A stretch of 64,000 nucleotides of DNA from an uncultured Verrucomicrobiae bacterium (GCA_963813025.1 CAWEXO010000015.1:99849-163848); one strand, 5' to 3'; shown: positions 1 through 10,876, numbered from the stretch's first letter. Made by a program: numbers and translations. The notes: generated by a model from the letters alone, not told the origin.

Positions 1-1690
1 CGTGGGTGAAGACGACGGTCTGCCGGTGTTCCCCCTCTTCGACAAGACGCCTGGCAACCTGCTTCCGCCAACGATGGTCCAGAGAAGAGACAGGGTCATC
101 GAAAACGAGAGTGGACCGGTGTGCCGCCGTGGCGAGTTCAGTCAGAAAGGCGGCCAGGGCCACACACGTCTTCTCGCCTTCACTCAGCACGTCCTGCACT
201 TTCGCATCCGGCTTCGCCAACAGGCGCACCTGATATTGTGGAGACCCGTATTTCCCGCCGGAGCGGATTATCTCCACCCGGACCTTGTCGGCGGCCAGCT
301 TTACGATTTCTTCGTGAAACCGGTCGCGCAATTTCGGCGTGATGACCGTGTCGGCAATGTGGTTGCCGACCCTCGTAATGGGGTTGGTTGCCGTGTCCCC
401 GAGACACTGGTCAAGGAATTGAATTGTTTTCTGCCGGTTAACTTCCTCCCAGACGGTTTGCATCATGCCGCCCAGGAGCGCTTACCGGGCAGATGGATTT
501 CTTGCGCCGCGTCCAAAGCTTTCACGAGCGCATATCGCCGAAGCCGCGCCGCCGCGAGGAAGCGGCGTGTCTGCCGCGCCAGATCGGGGTTTTGAAGCGC
601 GGTCTCTTGCAGATTCGCTTTTAGCGGCCGCGTGCCAATATTGGTGGAACTCAGGTCCTGACGCGCCGCCCGGCTGGCCTTTTCCGCCTCTTGCGCTTGC
701 CGCTCCGTATCTTTCTGGATGAATTCCTCAAACCGCGCCATCCGGTCGCGGGCTTCTCCCTCCAGCGGCTGCTGGCAAAGAAGGCAACGGGCATCGTCCC
801 GGGACGGCGGGAATGACTGGCCGGGATAGGCGATCTGTGTCGAATAGCGCCGGGCTGAATCCCAAAGCGCGCGCCAGACCTCGCCGCCAACCCCATCAAA
901 CGGTTCGCCGGAGAAGGCCTTCCCGGCGGCCAGGCGCGCCGCATCCCGTTTTAACCGGGCGTCCTGAACGGCGGAAGCAACACCGGTGAGCGCCTTGTCG
1001 TTGGTCTTCCCCTCAATGAGATTAACCTTGTCAATCAGGCGTTTGATGTTGCCGGCCTTCAGCTCTGCTCCGCCGCCGCCCTGGCCGGATTTCTGGACAG
1101 GTCTTCTCTAAGGCGGATCGACCGGGCGCTCTCTTCCTCTGTCAGCGCCGCCAGGGCTTGGATTTTCTGAAGATCGGTGTCATGCTTTAACGCGGCGAGC
1201 GCCTTTCCGGACAGCCGTCATCTCTTTCCAGCAGGGCCCGGAGAAAATCGGATTGCGGGTTTCTTCGAGTTTCCTTTTCTCGGCGGAAAGAGCCTCCTTC
1301 ACTTCCATACAGGCGCTCGCAAGCACATCCGGAACCTCGAGATCAAATGGACGAAACGCGACCTCGTTTTCCTCCTCGATGTGAACGGAAGCGCAATCGC
1401 TATCGAAGACGCTGACAGCCGACAAGGTCGCGTGCGGATAAGCCGCATCCTGCCACTTTTCAGGCGATTGCGGCGCGCCCCCGATGCTGTACGCGATGGT
1501 TGCGGCCGCACGCGGCCGGAGGTTGTTCGGCGTAAATGTTCGGCTCTATCTCGCCGGGATGGCGCGCCCGGCAGGCACGTTTAAGAATGCGCGCATAGCC
1601 CGATTTTCCCATGCCATTGTCCCCATAGATTATCGTCATTCCATTCTGCTCGAAGGTCAGGGTCTGACCGGAGCAAGATTGTTGACGCCC
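1..1690 (-). pseudogene. Frameshifted AAA/ABC-type (SMC-like) ATPase
   Basis: Walker A IYGDNGMGKS near 1600-1630; minus-strand frame at 1-300 reads LSEGEKTCVALAAF...LVFDDPVSSLD...VFTH (signature, Walker B, H-loop); split over several ORFs. Confidence 0.8.
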
Positions 1691-1712
1691 TCCACATCCG
1701 CGATGGAGACCA

Positions 1713-1916
1713 ATGATAGCCTCAGGCTCGCAAGGGGAAGTCAAAGGGCTGGTGGCGGTAGAGCTAACCGATGGCGACGGGTTAGTCCGAGGCAGACCAC
1801 AGGAGGGTTGCTGCGGATTAGAAGTGATTTTAGCCAAGGGGCGGCGAATCGAACTGAGCCGGGATTTTGACGCGGTGCAACTGCGTCGTGCGGTCGAGGT
1901 GCTGGAAGGATTTTAA
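1713..1916 (+). pseudogene. IS66 TnpA-like C-terminal fragment
   Basis: LEVILAKGRRIELSRDFDAVQLRRAVEVLE is a typical IS66 orfA C-terminus and is followed directly by a TnpB-like ORF. Confidence 0.7.
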
Positions 1917-1920
1917 GCCT

Positions 1921-2080
1921 GTGTTCGGACTTGGACCGGCGACCCGGGTTTGCCTCGCCGTTGGAGCGACCGATCTGCGCAAGGGTTTTGAGGGGCTCTT
2001 CGGGCTGGTGAAGGATCGGCTGGGGCTTGAACCCTTGAGCGGGCATGTGGTGTGTTTTTGCAATCGGTCCCGAAGCCGGA
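1921..2080 (+). pseudogene. tnpB: IS66 accessory protein TnpB, truncated
   Basis: RVCLAVGATDLRKGFEGLFGLVKDRLGLEPLSGHVVCFCNRSR; stops abruptly and no tnpC follows. Confidence 0.85.
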
Positions 2081-2244
2081 TGACGCCCGGTAACTCGAAA
2101 GCCTAGATTCGCCTGGCGAATATCTACATTACCGTGGAGAATGAGTTTATCGTTCTGAGTTCTGGCCAACTGCAGATAGATAAGCCAGCCACCAACGGCC
2201 AACACGGCTAGAGCAACGACTGCGATAATAATAGGTCGTTTCAT
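2081..2244 (-). pseudogene. HlyD-family efflux adaptor, N-terminal remnant
   Basis: Membrane anchor then LILHGNVDIRQANLGFRVTGR; GGAGG-like RBS; joined to the IS66 fragment. Confidence 0.75.
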
Positions 2245-2499
2245 TTCCCTCCCCTCCATTTCCGAATCGAAAGATCCGATCGGTCTTCCAACGCCCGCTA
2301 AATCTCGCTAACTTCATCCGTGTAGTCGGAGAGATTAGGACGTCTGCAGATGGTCTCTCATCCGGAAAGAAAAATGACCGCTTGGCCGACTACCATAGCA
2401 AGTCAGCGATTGCGTGAGCACCCACTTGAGATATTTCCTCTTCTCGGTTCCCGATCCCTCCAATTCGAATATTGTGGCGCGGGAACCGATCTCTTCCTC

Positions 2500-2596
2500 G
2501 TGGCTTCTGCTATAAATCTTGGTGCAGCCCGGCTTTTTTGAGAGCGTCTACCTGGAGGTCAATCGTTTGGTCCTTTGTACTAACGCGAGCGTAGCC
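2500..2596 (-). pseudogene. Serine resolvase/invertase N-terminal fragment
   Basis: Minus strand reads GYARVSTKDQTIDLQVDALKKAG, then frameshifts; not in the ORF track. Confidence 0.8.
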
Positions 2597-2613
2597 TGCT
2601 ACGTGTTTGTAAC

Positions 2614-2976
2614 TCAGGGTCTACGATTGGTTGACGCTTCGGCGCGGCGAGTTGCCGCCGGTATCTCACAACTTGCGCCGCCACATCCGCTCAACTCACG
2701 GTCGATGTAGCGCCGGAAGGAAGAAAACCTGAGCAGAAGTCTGACGGGAGCGTAAAGTGGGATTTGCCGAGCAATCAAATCGAGAGCGGCAGCGCCACGA
2801 TGGAAGTTCCCACTCGCGAATTCCTCGACGACTATCTCTCCGGGGCGCAGCGGCCCTGTCATTGGAGTCGCAGTAGAAGTCTCCAGTCGATCGCGCCAAT
2901 CGAGCGCATGCCCCACTCGCGCAAACCTGGCGCATTTCCGGCAGTCCGGATTGCGATAAACACGAATCGTTTTCAT
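2614..2976 (-). CDS. DCC1-like thiol-disulfide oxidoreductase family protein
   Basis: N-terminal VY..DCxxC motif, 120 aa. Confidence 0.65.
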   Translation of the reverse strand: MKTIRVYRNPDCRKCARFARVGHALDWRDRLETSTATPMTGPLRPGEIVVEEFASGNFHRGAAALDLIARQIPLYAPVRLLLRFSSFRRYIDRELSGCGGASCEIPAATRRAEASTNRRP

Positions 2977-3133
2977 TTTGACAGATGATTTTAGGTTTCG
3001 TTAGTGGCCACCATCCGGTCGAAGGGACTAATCGTCCAACGACGTCTCGCTCGTCCCGGCTTGGGCGATCTTATTACAAGACAAAGCTTGCGCGCACTCA
3101 CGATACTGTCAATACTGAAACAGTTTCCTTCGT

Positions 3134-3868
3134 ATGACGACAACCAAACCTCAACGAAAAAGCAGCGCTCGTTCGAAGACGCCGGAAGCGTTCCCGGAGG
3201 CCGCGCTTTCCCGGCGGGTCATCGCCGCGGCCCGGCGGCACTTCTTCGCGCACGGGTTCCGCGCCATTACGACGGACGACCTCGCGGCCGAACTCGCTCT
3301 TAGCAAAAAGACGCTTTACGCGCTATTCCCAAGCAAGGAGGCGCTTCTAGAGGCGGTGGTGCTCGAAAAGTTCGGAAGCGTGGATGCCGAGCTCGCGCGG
3401 ATCAGCGGCGATCGGTCGCTCGGCTGCGTGGAAAAACTGCACGAGCTTCTGGCCTGCTTGCAGCATGAAATGGAGGAAATCCAGCCGTCATTCGTGCGCG
3501 ACATGCAGCGCGGGGCGCCGGAAGTCTTCGCGCTGATCGAGCGGCGCCGCGCCGGAATTATCCGCGAGCATTTCGGAGCGCTGTTCGAGCAAAGCCGCAA
3601 GGCGGGAATGATCCGCAAAGAGGTGTCCACTACATTGCTCATCGCGGTCATTCTCGGGGCGGTCAATGCGGTCTTGAATCCCGGCAAACTCGCGGAGCTG
3701 AGACTTCAGCCGAAAGAGGGGTTGCTCAGCATCCTACGGATTATTCTCGAGGGCGCAATGACGGAAAAAGGGCGCGCGAAGCATGTAATCGCTACCGCAG
3801 GGCGCGAGCGGAATGAGATAGAAGCAGTTGCCCAAGAAACGGGAAAATCACCGCTCAAGCACGAGTGA
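3134..3868 (+). CDS. TetR/AcrR family transcriptional regulator
   Basis: AARRHFFAHGFRAITTDDLAAELALSKKTLY HTH. Confidence 0.9.
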   Translation: MTTTKPQRKSSARSKTPEAFPEAALSRRVIAAARRHFFAHGFRAITTDDLAAELALSKKTLYALFPSKEALLEAVVLEKFGSVDAELARISGDRSLGCVEKLHELLACLQHEMEEIQPSFVRDMQRGAPEVFALIERRRAGIIREHFGALFEQSRKAGMIRKEVSTTLLIAVILGAVNAVLNPGKLAELRLQPKEGLLSILRIILEGAMTEKGRAKHVIATAGRERNEIEAVAQETGKSPLKHE

Positions 3869-4301
3869 TTCCTCTTGTCGCCGATGGAATGACTGCAAAA
3901 TGGTCGTGGACGTGGCAGTGAAGAGATTTCTGACGGACCACTAAAAGTCTGACCGGTCCGCCATTCCGGCACCGTGAGTTGGAGATCAGCTCGGATGAGC
4001 GTATTAGGCTGTTGGCGACAGTTGACGGTTCAGAGGGTACCGTGCCATCAGGGCGTGAACGCTCCCGACAGCCTCTGCCAGGCCATCTTCCGCGCGCATC
4101 TTTGCGCCGACGGCCGAAGCTCGCTCCCGCATCTCTGTGGATCGGGTGAGGGCGATCGCACGAGACAAGGTGGCGGCCGTAACCTTCTGGGCGCTCGCCG
4201 CGGCGGGCGCTATCTGGCTTGTCTGCGGCCTTGGTCATGAAATAACGAAGCTCGGTGTAAAACTCCTCTGCGAGCGATGCGTGCGAGCGCCTGTGCTGTA
4301 G

Positions 4302-4390
4302 CAACGGCCTCGAAGGCAAGGACTCATCAGAAAACCGCAACCTAATTCGATCGCGGTCTGATGCCACATCTGCCGATTCTCAAAGTTCTC
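4302..4390 (+). repeat. ~89 bp near-identical direct repeat (second copy 11381-11469)
   Basis: caacggcctcgaaggc...ctaattcgatcgcggtctgatgccacatctgccgattctcaaagttctc at both loci. Confidence 0.9.
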
Positions 4391-5119
4391 TCCGACGCGG
4401 AAGACGAACAACTAAATCTGTCCGTCTACCAGCATGAGAGTGTCGTCTCCGGCTTAAACAGGCTACGACCGTCCGTGACGACCATCGTTTCGCCCAGGTT
4501 TTGACTGCTCAACAAACGATCAGCGTTTTTCGCCAAGCGAAGACAGGCGGGCAATTTGTCCACATGACCCGAGAGCTTTCCGATCTGGACTTCACATGTT
4601 AATACCTGAAGAGTCTGTTGTTTGCTAAGGCGCGACCCTGGATTAAGGGCGATTAAAGGTTGGTCTTGCCTGGATTGATACAGGGATCGGGGACTATTCG
4701 GCAACTGGCGCCACGCTGGGCATGCCGTCATGGCTCGGACTAAAAGCGGAAGCTTTACGCCTTGCCGATCGCACCGCGTTTCGCCAAAGCGGTTACGAAG
4801 CGCGGGTCGCCACCGAGCGGAAAGCCCGTTCGTGATTATAGCGTTGCCGGCGGATGGTTGCGCATACCCCCTTTCTATTGAGCCATAATCCACCCGATTC
4901 GCGACTATCTGGGTTCGGTCCTGCCGGGGCTGACTGGACCAACTCGAGTGGACTAGGGTTGTGATCTCGGTGTAGGTGGGGAGGAAAATGATTTAATTTG
5001 GGTTTCTGCCCCTGGGGCCAGAAACGACTGGAGAGAGGAGTAACTTTCAAGAGACCGGGCCGATCCTTGGCTCAATAACAGAACGCCAAGCGTCGCGAGA
5101 AAGATGCTTCAATTCAACT

Positions 5120-5290
5120 TCCTGACGGCAAGAGTGCCAAGTCGCCAAGCCGCTGGCCGGTGTAGAGGCCGAACTTGATCAGGCTTTGCCACTAAAATTC
5201 TTTGGATCTCAGGAAGCGTAAACGGCCGGCGAGTCCTGCTCGGTTCGCCCCTGACTAGGCGGATGCTTTCGAGCGGTGATTCGTAAATGT
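5120..5290 (-). pseudogene. Tyrosine integrase internal fragment
   Basis: RRPFTLPEIQRIL followed, in another frame, by IKFGLYTGQRLGDLA (box I with catalytic Arg). Confidence 0.75.
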
Positions 5291-5369
5291 ATGGCTTGCA
5301 CCCTTCCCCTTGGTTGCGCCCAGACCGGACTATAGTAAGATCTGACTTCCTTCGACTTCCCTCAGGAAA

Positions 5370-5924
5370 ATGACAAAGACCGCTTCCAAGATCCGTTTCA
5401 AAGCGAAACTCTGCCGGCCGGCCGAGAGCGCTGAGACCCGCTCCTGGAGCTTTCTTGTTCTGCCTAAGAGCGCGAGTGCGAAGCTCCCGTCGCGCGGCAT
5501 GACGGCGATCGAAGGCACCCTCAATGGCTTTCCTTTTCAAGCCACTCTCGAGCCAGACGGCCAAAAAAGCCACTGGCTCAAAGTGGACCGGAAGCTGAGC
5601 GAAGCCGCGGGTGCAGAGGCGGGCGATGTTGTCACGCTGGACATCGCGCCTGCGGCAGAGGAACCGGAGCCCGCGGTGCCGTCAGATTTGAGAAAAGCTC
5701 TCGCCGCCTCGGCCCCGAAGGCGCGGGCGTTGTGGTCGGACATCACACCCATTGCGCGCAGAGATTGGATCCACTGGATCACCTCCGCTAGGCAGCCAGA
5801 AACACGCGCGCGCCGGATCAAAAATGCCTGCTCGATGCTAGCTGCCGGGAAGCGGCGCGTCTGCTGCTTCGACCGGTCTGGGTTCTACAGCAAAAGCTTG
5901 AGCGCTCCTAAAGAGGCGATTTAG
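5370..5924 (+). CDS. DUF1905 plus YdeI/OmpD-associated domain protein
   Basis: EGTLNGFPFQATLEPDG..HWLKV; VPSDLRKAL...RRDWIHWITSARQPETRARRI. Confidence 0.85.
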   Translation: MTKTASKIRFKAKLCRPAESAETRSWSFLVLPKSASAKLPSRGMTAIEGTLNGFPFQATLEPDGQKSHWLKVDRKLSEAAGAEAGDVVTLDIAPAAEEPEPAVPSDLRKALAASAPKARALWSDITPIARRDWIHWITSARQPETRARRIKNACSMLAAGKRRVCCFDRSGFYSKSLSAPKEAI

Positions 5925-5963
5925 TTGGATACGAGTTTCCCATTTTGGGGAAAACTCGGCAAG

Positions 5964-6455
5964 CTATTGTGGATAGAAGCCCACAACCACAAGCCCAGCA
6001 GTTCCATCAATATTCACGGCCTTTACATAGCTCCATTTCTGAGAAGGTTGGCTCTGTCCTGGTTTGGGAAACATGTAGTCGACCCATCCCGATCCCTTGG
6101 ACTGAACAACCTTCACAAACTCCACCTGGAATAACTTACCGTTTGAATCCTTCAGGCTACTTGAATTGCTCCCCTCTCGTTCTGGGAAACCTCCATTGAA
6201 CAGGACTACTTCTTTTAAGTCGTCAATGAATAAATAGGTGTCACCGATCCGCCATTTCGCTGCCGGTTTTCCTGAACTCAGGAAGATTGACTTTCCCTTA
6301 CTGTCGATCAACGTCGACGCTTTTTCGACCAACGCCACGATTTGTTTTGCTTGTTCAGACTCCGGCGGCACGGTGGTGTCTTTTTGTTGGGCGAAGCTCG
6401 GCACGGTAAAGACGATTGCCAACCCTACGAAGGCAAATAGTAAGCGGATCTTCAT
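5964..6455 (-). CDS. Secreted single Cache domain protein
   Basis: Signal peptide; KDSNGKLF...GSGWVDYMFPKPGQSQPSQKWSYV. Confidence 0.8.
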   Translation of the reverse strand: MKIRLLFAFVGLAIVFTVPSFAQQKDTTVPPESEQAKQIVALVEKASTLIDSKGKSIFLSSGKPAAKWRIGDTYLFIDDLKEVVLFNGGFPEREGSNSSSLKDSNGKLFQVEFVKVVQSKGSGWVDYMFPKPGQSQPSQKWSYVKAVNIDGTAGLVVVGFYPQ

Positions 6456-6998
6456 CGTTGACTCTGGGGTTAGCCGGGCGGTTTTCACGTCCGCCAGGAT
6501 GTTGGACCGATCGTAACCAAAGGCGCGGAGAAATCGAGACCAAACTCTGCAATACTAATCATGGCTTTGGCAGGTGTGGGTGGGTCAACGTCGACCCCCC
6601 TTGAAGAACTCAGAGATCTCCCTCCCGGTAGCGATCAAGGGCGGCCTGGTCGTATTTGTGGTCTGCAAATGGCCGCGTCCATTTTGCGTCTCTTTCTCGA
6701 AGTGGCTAGAGGGCGCTTAACCTAATGATTCCGCCAATCCGCTTATCGAACTATCGAACGTCTGCGTTGAACCATGGCGTCCCAAGGGTGACTGCACGAA
6801 TCGCCATTTTTTTGCCGGCCTATTGGCGAGAGTGTTCAGCATTTTACGGCTTCAGTGGATATAACTACCAAAAAACTCGTACGTAGACTTGCAGCAGTTT
6901 GCAGCAGTTTTGCTTCCACTGCCTTCCATTTTTTTCACCCAATTAGCGCTTGTCCAAGGCAATACCAGGGAAGATAGTGGAAAAGAATACCCTGAAAG

Positions 6999-7021
6999 CG
7001 GGTTCAAGTCCCCCCCGAGCA
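6999..7021 (+). other. att site: tRNA 3'-end duplicate (copy 1)
   Basis: CGGGTTCAAGTCCCCCCCGAGCA = T-arm plus acceptor 3' strand; no 5' half upstream. Confidence 0.8.
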
Positions 7022-7073
7022 GAGATTCCCACCTTTAAGTGGTTGTTTTTGAAGAACTTACGTTCTAAGACGC

Positions 7074-7310
7074 TTGGACAGATTCAAAATCTCGACCCCA
7101 CCGCCTGATGTCCCGATTAAAATCCAAGACGACTCCAGGCGACATTCTTCGAACTCGGCCATACTTCTATCGACGTCTGGATCCAGAAGATGGATATGGA
7201 TGGTGATGGCGGACGACGAGAATTCGGACTTAGCGGCCAACGCCGCGGAACAGAAAGTGACAAGGAACCGCCGCAAATTCGCTTTGCGGATATCACGCTC
7301 CCGGATTGAA
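7074..7310 (+). repeat. ~235 bp diverged duplication (second copy ~10917-11154)
   Basis: ttggacagattca.aatctcgacccc...ggatatcacgctcccggattgaaaa at both loci; the minus-strand ORFs are homologous. Confidence 0.9.
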
Positions 7311-7446
7311 AAGGATTGTGGCTTGTCTGCGGCCTTTATTCTCAGGGATAGCAGCGAGAATTCGCGAGAACTTCTCTTCGCGCGCTCGGGCGAGTTCAAT
7401 AGCTGTTTCTCGACCCTGTCTGGTTAGCCGAATCAAGACTTTCTTC

Positions 7447-7546
7447 GACTAACGGACCGACGTTCAGCGGCTGGGCGGGCGCTCGACCACTTCTCGAATC
7501 AAGAGGACCGCGACGCCCGCCGGCCCGCTGGAACGGCTGGTTATAC
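7447..7546 (-). other. Integron attC site (100 bp)
   Basis: Minus strand: R'' GTATAAC, 5 nt, L'' GTTCCAGC, GC-rich stem, L' GCTGAAC, 8 nt, R' GTTAGTC; L'' has the extra base. Confidence 0.8.
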
Positions 7547-7674
7547 CGCCTCTAGTGAGGGCGAGAATATGTTCTCCCCTTGGGTCGAAAACCGCAGGCG
7601 CGGGACCGAGCGGGTTTTGGTCCGCCCGTGGTGTCCCCTTGCGCTTCCGAGATGCACGCTTCGAAGATGCAACC

Positions 7675-8160
7675 TCAACCGCGGCGCGCCGCCTCGATTG
7701 CAGCGATGTCGATCTTTTTCATCTGCATCATCGCATCGAACGCGCGCTTGGCGGCAGCGGGATCGGGATCGGTGATCGCTTTCGTCAGGGCGATCGGCGT
7801 GATCTGCCAGGACAATCCCCATTTGTCCTTGCACCAGCCGCACGCGCTCTCCTGGCCGCCGTTGCCGACGATCGCGTTCCAGTAGCGATCCGTTTCGGCC
7901 TGGTCGGCGGTTGCGACCTGAAACGAGAACGCTTCGTTGTGCTTGAACGCGGGTCCGCCGTTGAGCCCGAGGCACGGAATGCCCATCACGGTAAACTCGA
8001 CGGTCAACACGTCCCCTTTCTTCCCCGACGGAAAGTCTCCCGGTGCGCGGTGCACCGCGCCGACGGACGAATCGGGAAAGGTCTTGGCGTAAAACCGCGC
8101 CGCGTCCTCGGCGTCGCCGTCGTACCAAAGGCAAATCGTGTTCTTTGCTGGCTTCACCAT
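7675..8160 (-). CDS. VOC family protein (PhnB / 3-demethylubiquinone-9 methyltransferase-like), gene cassette
   Basis: TICLWYDGDAEDAARFY...LNGGP.F...CGWCKDKWGLSWQI; GGAGA RBS just after the attC core. Confidence 0.9.
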   Translation of the reverse strand: MVKPAKNTICLWYDGDAEDAARFYAKTFPDSSVGAVHRAPGDFPSGKKGDVLTVEFTVMGIPCLGLNGGPAFKHNEAFSFQVATADQAETDRYWNAIVGNGGQESACGWCKDKWGLSWQITPIALTKAITDPDPAAAKRAFDAMMQMKKIDIAAIEAARRG

Positions 8161-8180
8161 GTCACTTCTCCATCGTGGCG

Positions 8181-8238
8181 GGATAACGCCCGCGCTCAGG
8201 GGCGCCGCAATGGCGGCCCCTTGAGCGCGTTGTTAGCG
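8181..8238 (-). other. Integron attC site (58 bp, 59-be-like)
   Basis: Minus strand: CGCTAAC, 5 nt, GCTCAAGG...CCTGAGC, 6 nt, GTTATCC; canonical spacing. Confidence 0.85.
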
Positions 8239-8261
8239 CGCACAGTTTGTAGACAGCCTAT

Positions 8262-8590
8262 TCACGTCGCATCTGTAGCCATGTTGGCGCGCCGGGTCAA
8301 TTCTTTCGCGCTTGGCTCGACCTGGCTAAGCGAGGTAAGCGGAATATCTCCGGCTGGAACATAGGTGCTCATCACAACGCTAGTTGTTGAAACCTTCGAA
8401 GCCACGAGTCGCAGTCTCTCGATCTTTACCATCGAAACCTGCCGCAGAGAGATCCATCCCTGCGTCGTCCCCGAAAGCGAACAACCAACCACCTAACGTG
8501 AAATTTCCGGTTGGATCTTCGGTCGGTCCTCCGGGTGCCTGCATGACACCGTCCAGTGATGTAAATGTGGACGCAATGAGGTTTCCTCAT
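8262..8590 (-). pseudogene. Dihydrofolate reductase/RibD-C family cassette gene, frameshifted and internally deleted
   Basis: MRK/LIASTFTSLDGVMQAPGGPTEDPTGNFTLGGW joined to the C-terminal LRLVASKVSTTSVVMSTY. Confidence 0.8.
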
Positions 8591-8959
8591 ATCACTATCC
8601 TACGATTGCATGACATTGTGCGTGCTAACAAGTGATTGAACCAACCTGCTCATCTCCGGGATTTGCGTGGTTAGCAGTTAGCGAATGTTTTCATGGTTGA
8701 TTGGTGGGGTTGGCACCCCAAAATCGAGATGAAAGCAGTTTGGGTTCAGAGTGAAAAGAGTTGTTTACGCATAAAAGGAGCTTGACACGCGCAGGGCACT
8801 TTGTGTCGGCAGCTCAAGCTCGGTTGAGCGGCTATCCGTGATGAGGAAAATGGATCCGTCCGCGGCCGGCGAGTCGGCGCCGGTTGTCGGAAGGACTTCG
8901 GAGCTCTTCTTTCGGGAGGCCTGATTTTGTCTTACACCCGCAATTAGATTTTAGGAAGC

Positions 8960-9135
8960 GACTTCGCGCGGGAGCTATTCTTGTCTGTCGGAATGATGAT
9001 CCGTTCGCTCTTGAGCAGATGCGCGAAGCCCAAGACCGATCGCTGTTTGTTTTCCACGTAATGGCCGGCCGTCATCCGATGTCCGCATGGCGCAGCATTT
9101 CCTGAGCGGCCGTTAGCCCGTAGCGGGCATTATCT
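8960..9135 (-). pseudogene. Tyrosine integrase C-terminal remnant
   Basis: ARYGLTAAQEMLRHADIG then, after a frameshift, TAGHYVENK (box II H...Y). Confidence 0.65.
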
Positions 9136-9548
9136 GCGAGCCGTATTCTTTGCGCAAGCTGGGCACGACGCGGATTATTCAGTTCTGTAACCGCCGCAAT
9201 ATCGGTATACTGTATCCGTAACTCACTGGGAACCATGAAACTCGATGACTGGCTCACGCGGTTAGTGGCCGTCCCACCCGGTCGTTCCCCGCTTGCAAAC
9301 GGCTTAGCGATTGGCATGCGCATCGCGCTTTTCATCCTTATCCCTTTAGGCATTATCGCCGCTATCGCAATCGTTCTTCTGCACGGATAAGCGTAACCAC
9401 GCGCCAAGCCGAACCACTCACGATGAATAAGGTGGCGAGACACTCTGGCAGGCGGCCGCCCATGGTCGACGAATATACAGTTTTTTACCCTGATAGAAAT
9501 TTCCCAGGGAAACACCGTGGAAAATAGCGCAAAATAGAACCCTGAAAT

Positions 9549-9568
9549 CGGGTTCAAGTCCCCCCGAG
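9549..9568 (+). other. att site: tRNA 3'-end duplicate (copy 2, degenerate)
   Basis: CGGGTTCAAGTCCCCCCGAG preceded by an arm similar to the one before 15815. Confidence 0.75.
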
Positions 9569-9610
9569 GAAAGGGGGAAAATTGGTGCATTCCATCGGCA
9601 AGGCTTCAGC

Positions 9611-9633
9611 GTCTTTTGTATAGACGCGACCCC
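9611..9633 (+). repeat. 23 bp exact repeat (second copy 14206-14228)
   Basis: gtcttttgtatagacgcgacccc at both positions. Confidence 0.85.
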
Positions 9634-10069
9634 AGCGACCCCCCCTTCATCCCGAGGCCGACGAGCTTGGGCGCTAAGGCGCGCTGTAACCCCTTCTTTT
9701 TTTGGCGTTTTAATCTTTCGCGCCTAGGCCAAGTCTCGGTGCCGGAGCCGACGTATCGATCGCGAACACCGGGTCGTCTATCGAGTCGACCGAGTTACGA
9801 TCACCTTTCTTCAGTGCCGGAAACATTACTGAGTGTGAGAGCGAGCTCGGGCGACATCCAGATAAAACTTACCGGGGGTATTCCGATAAACTCGCTAGGA
9901 CGGGCGCGCGAAGGGGCCTAGCGATCGATTCCAGGACGCACCTTGTCGTTGACCTCAAATAGCTTGAGCTGTCCATTTGTATTGCCGCCCAGCTGTCTAC
10001 AGCAACTGTGATAAATCCCGTAACAGATCGGCGGGTGACAAAGCATCCTAAATTCCCTCGGGGAAGACT

Positions 10070-10876
10070 ATGAAGACGCGGCTTGAGAATCAAATTGCCA
10101 TTGTAACTGGATCAAGTTCCGGTAACGGACGGGCGATTGCACTCGCCCTGTCGTCGGCAGGCGCGACGGTCGTCTGCGCCGATTTAAACAAAAACGCTCG
10201 GAAGGAAGGCTATGAAGAGGACGCCGAAATCGATACGGATAATGTTATCCAGCGCCGGGGGGGCAAAGCCGTCTACGTTCAGGCCGACGTTCGATGCGCC
10301 TCAGAAATCGAAAACATAATGACACGTACCATCTCGGAGTTTGGGCGCCTCGACATCATTGTTAACAACGCCGGCGTGGGCACGGGACTTAACACCATAC
10401 TTGAAGAAGCTGAAGAGGGGTATGATTTTGTGATGGCTGTAAACACTAAGGGCGTCTGGCTGTGTTGCAAGTCTGCGATCGCGCAGATGCTAAAACAGGA
10501 ACCGCTTGAATCCGGTTCGCGAGGGAAGATCGTAAACATCGCCTCAACCGCCGCGCTCATCGGACGAGCCAGGCATCATGCCTACAGCGCTTCGAAAGCT
10601 GCGGTGGTCAACCTGACCCGCAATTTAGCGGTCATGTATGGCCCTCAGCGAATCAATGTCAACGCCGTTTGTCCGGGACTAATACCAACAGCACTGACTC
10701 GACCGACCACCCCGGAAATGGAACAATGGCACGGGGCTGCTTTGCAAGACACGCCTTGGCCACGATTGGGAACTCCCCAAGACGTAGCCCATTGCGTGTT
10801 GTTTCTCGCTTCTCCAGAAGCAGAGTGGGTCACGGGAGTCGCCTTGGCGGTAGACGGAGGAGCGAGCGCCAAATGA
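10070..10876 (+). CDS. SDR family oxidoreductase
   Basis: TGSSSGNG, NNAG and YSASK motifs. Confidence 0.92.
   Translation: MKTRLENQIAIVTGSSSGNGRAIALALSSAGATVVCADLNKNARKEGYEEDAEIDTDNVIQRRGGKAVYVQADVRCASEIENIMTRTISEFGRLDIIVNNAGVGTGLNTILEEAEEGYDFVMAVNTKGVWLCCKSAIAQMLKQEPLESGSRGKIVNIASTAALIGRARHHAYSASKAAVVNLTRNLAVMYGPQRINVNAVCPGLIPTALTRPTTPEMEQWHGAALQDTPWPRLGTPQDVAHCVLFLASPEAEWVTGVALAVDGGASAK

Noticed and set aside
2..595. Long + strand ORF, and similar ORFs at 7555-8364, 21980-22810, 22898-23905, 44530-45459 and 49314-50021
   Set aside because: Antisense shadows of recognisable genes in GC-rich DNA
7074..7310. DGR template/variable repeat pair with 10917-11154
   Set aside because: Differences are not confined to adenines, include indels, and there is no RT nearby
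7423..7429. Third attC site (minus-strand GGCTAAC)
   Set aside because: An R''-like core is present, but no L boxes or stem follow; at most a deleted cassette remnant
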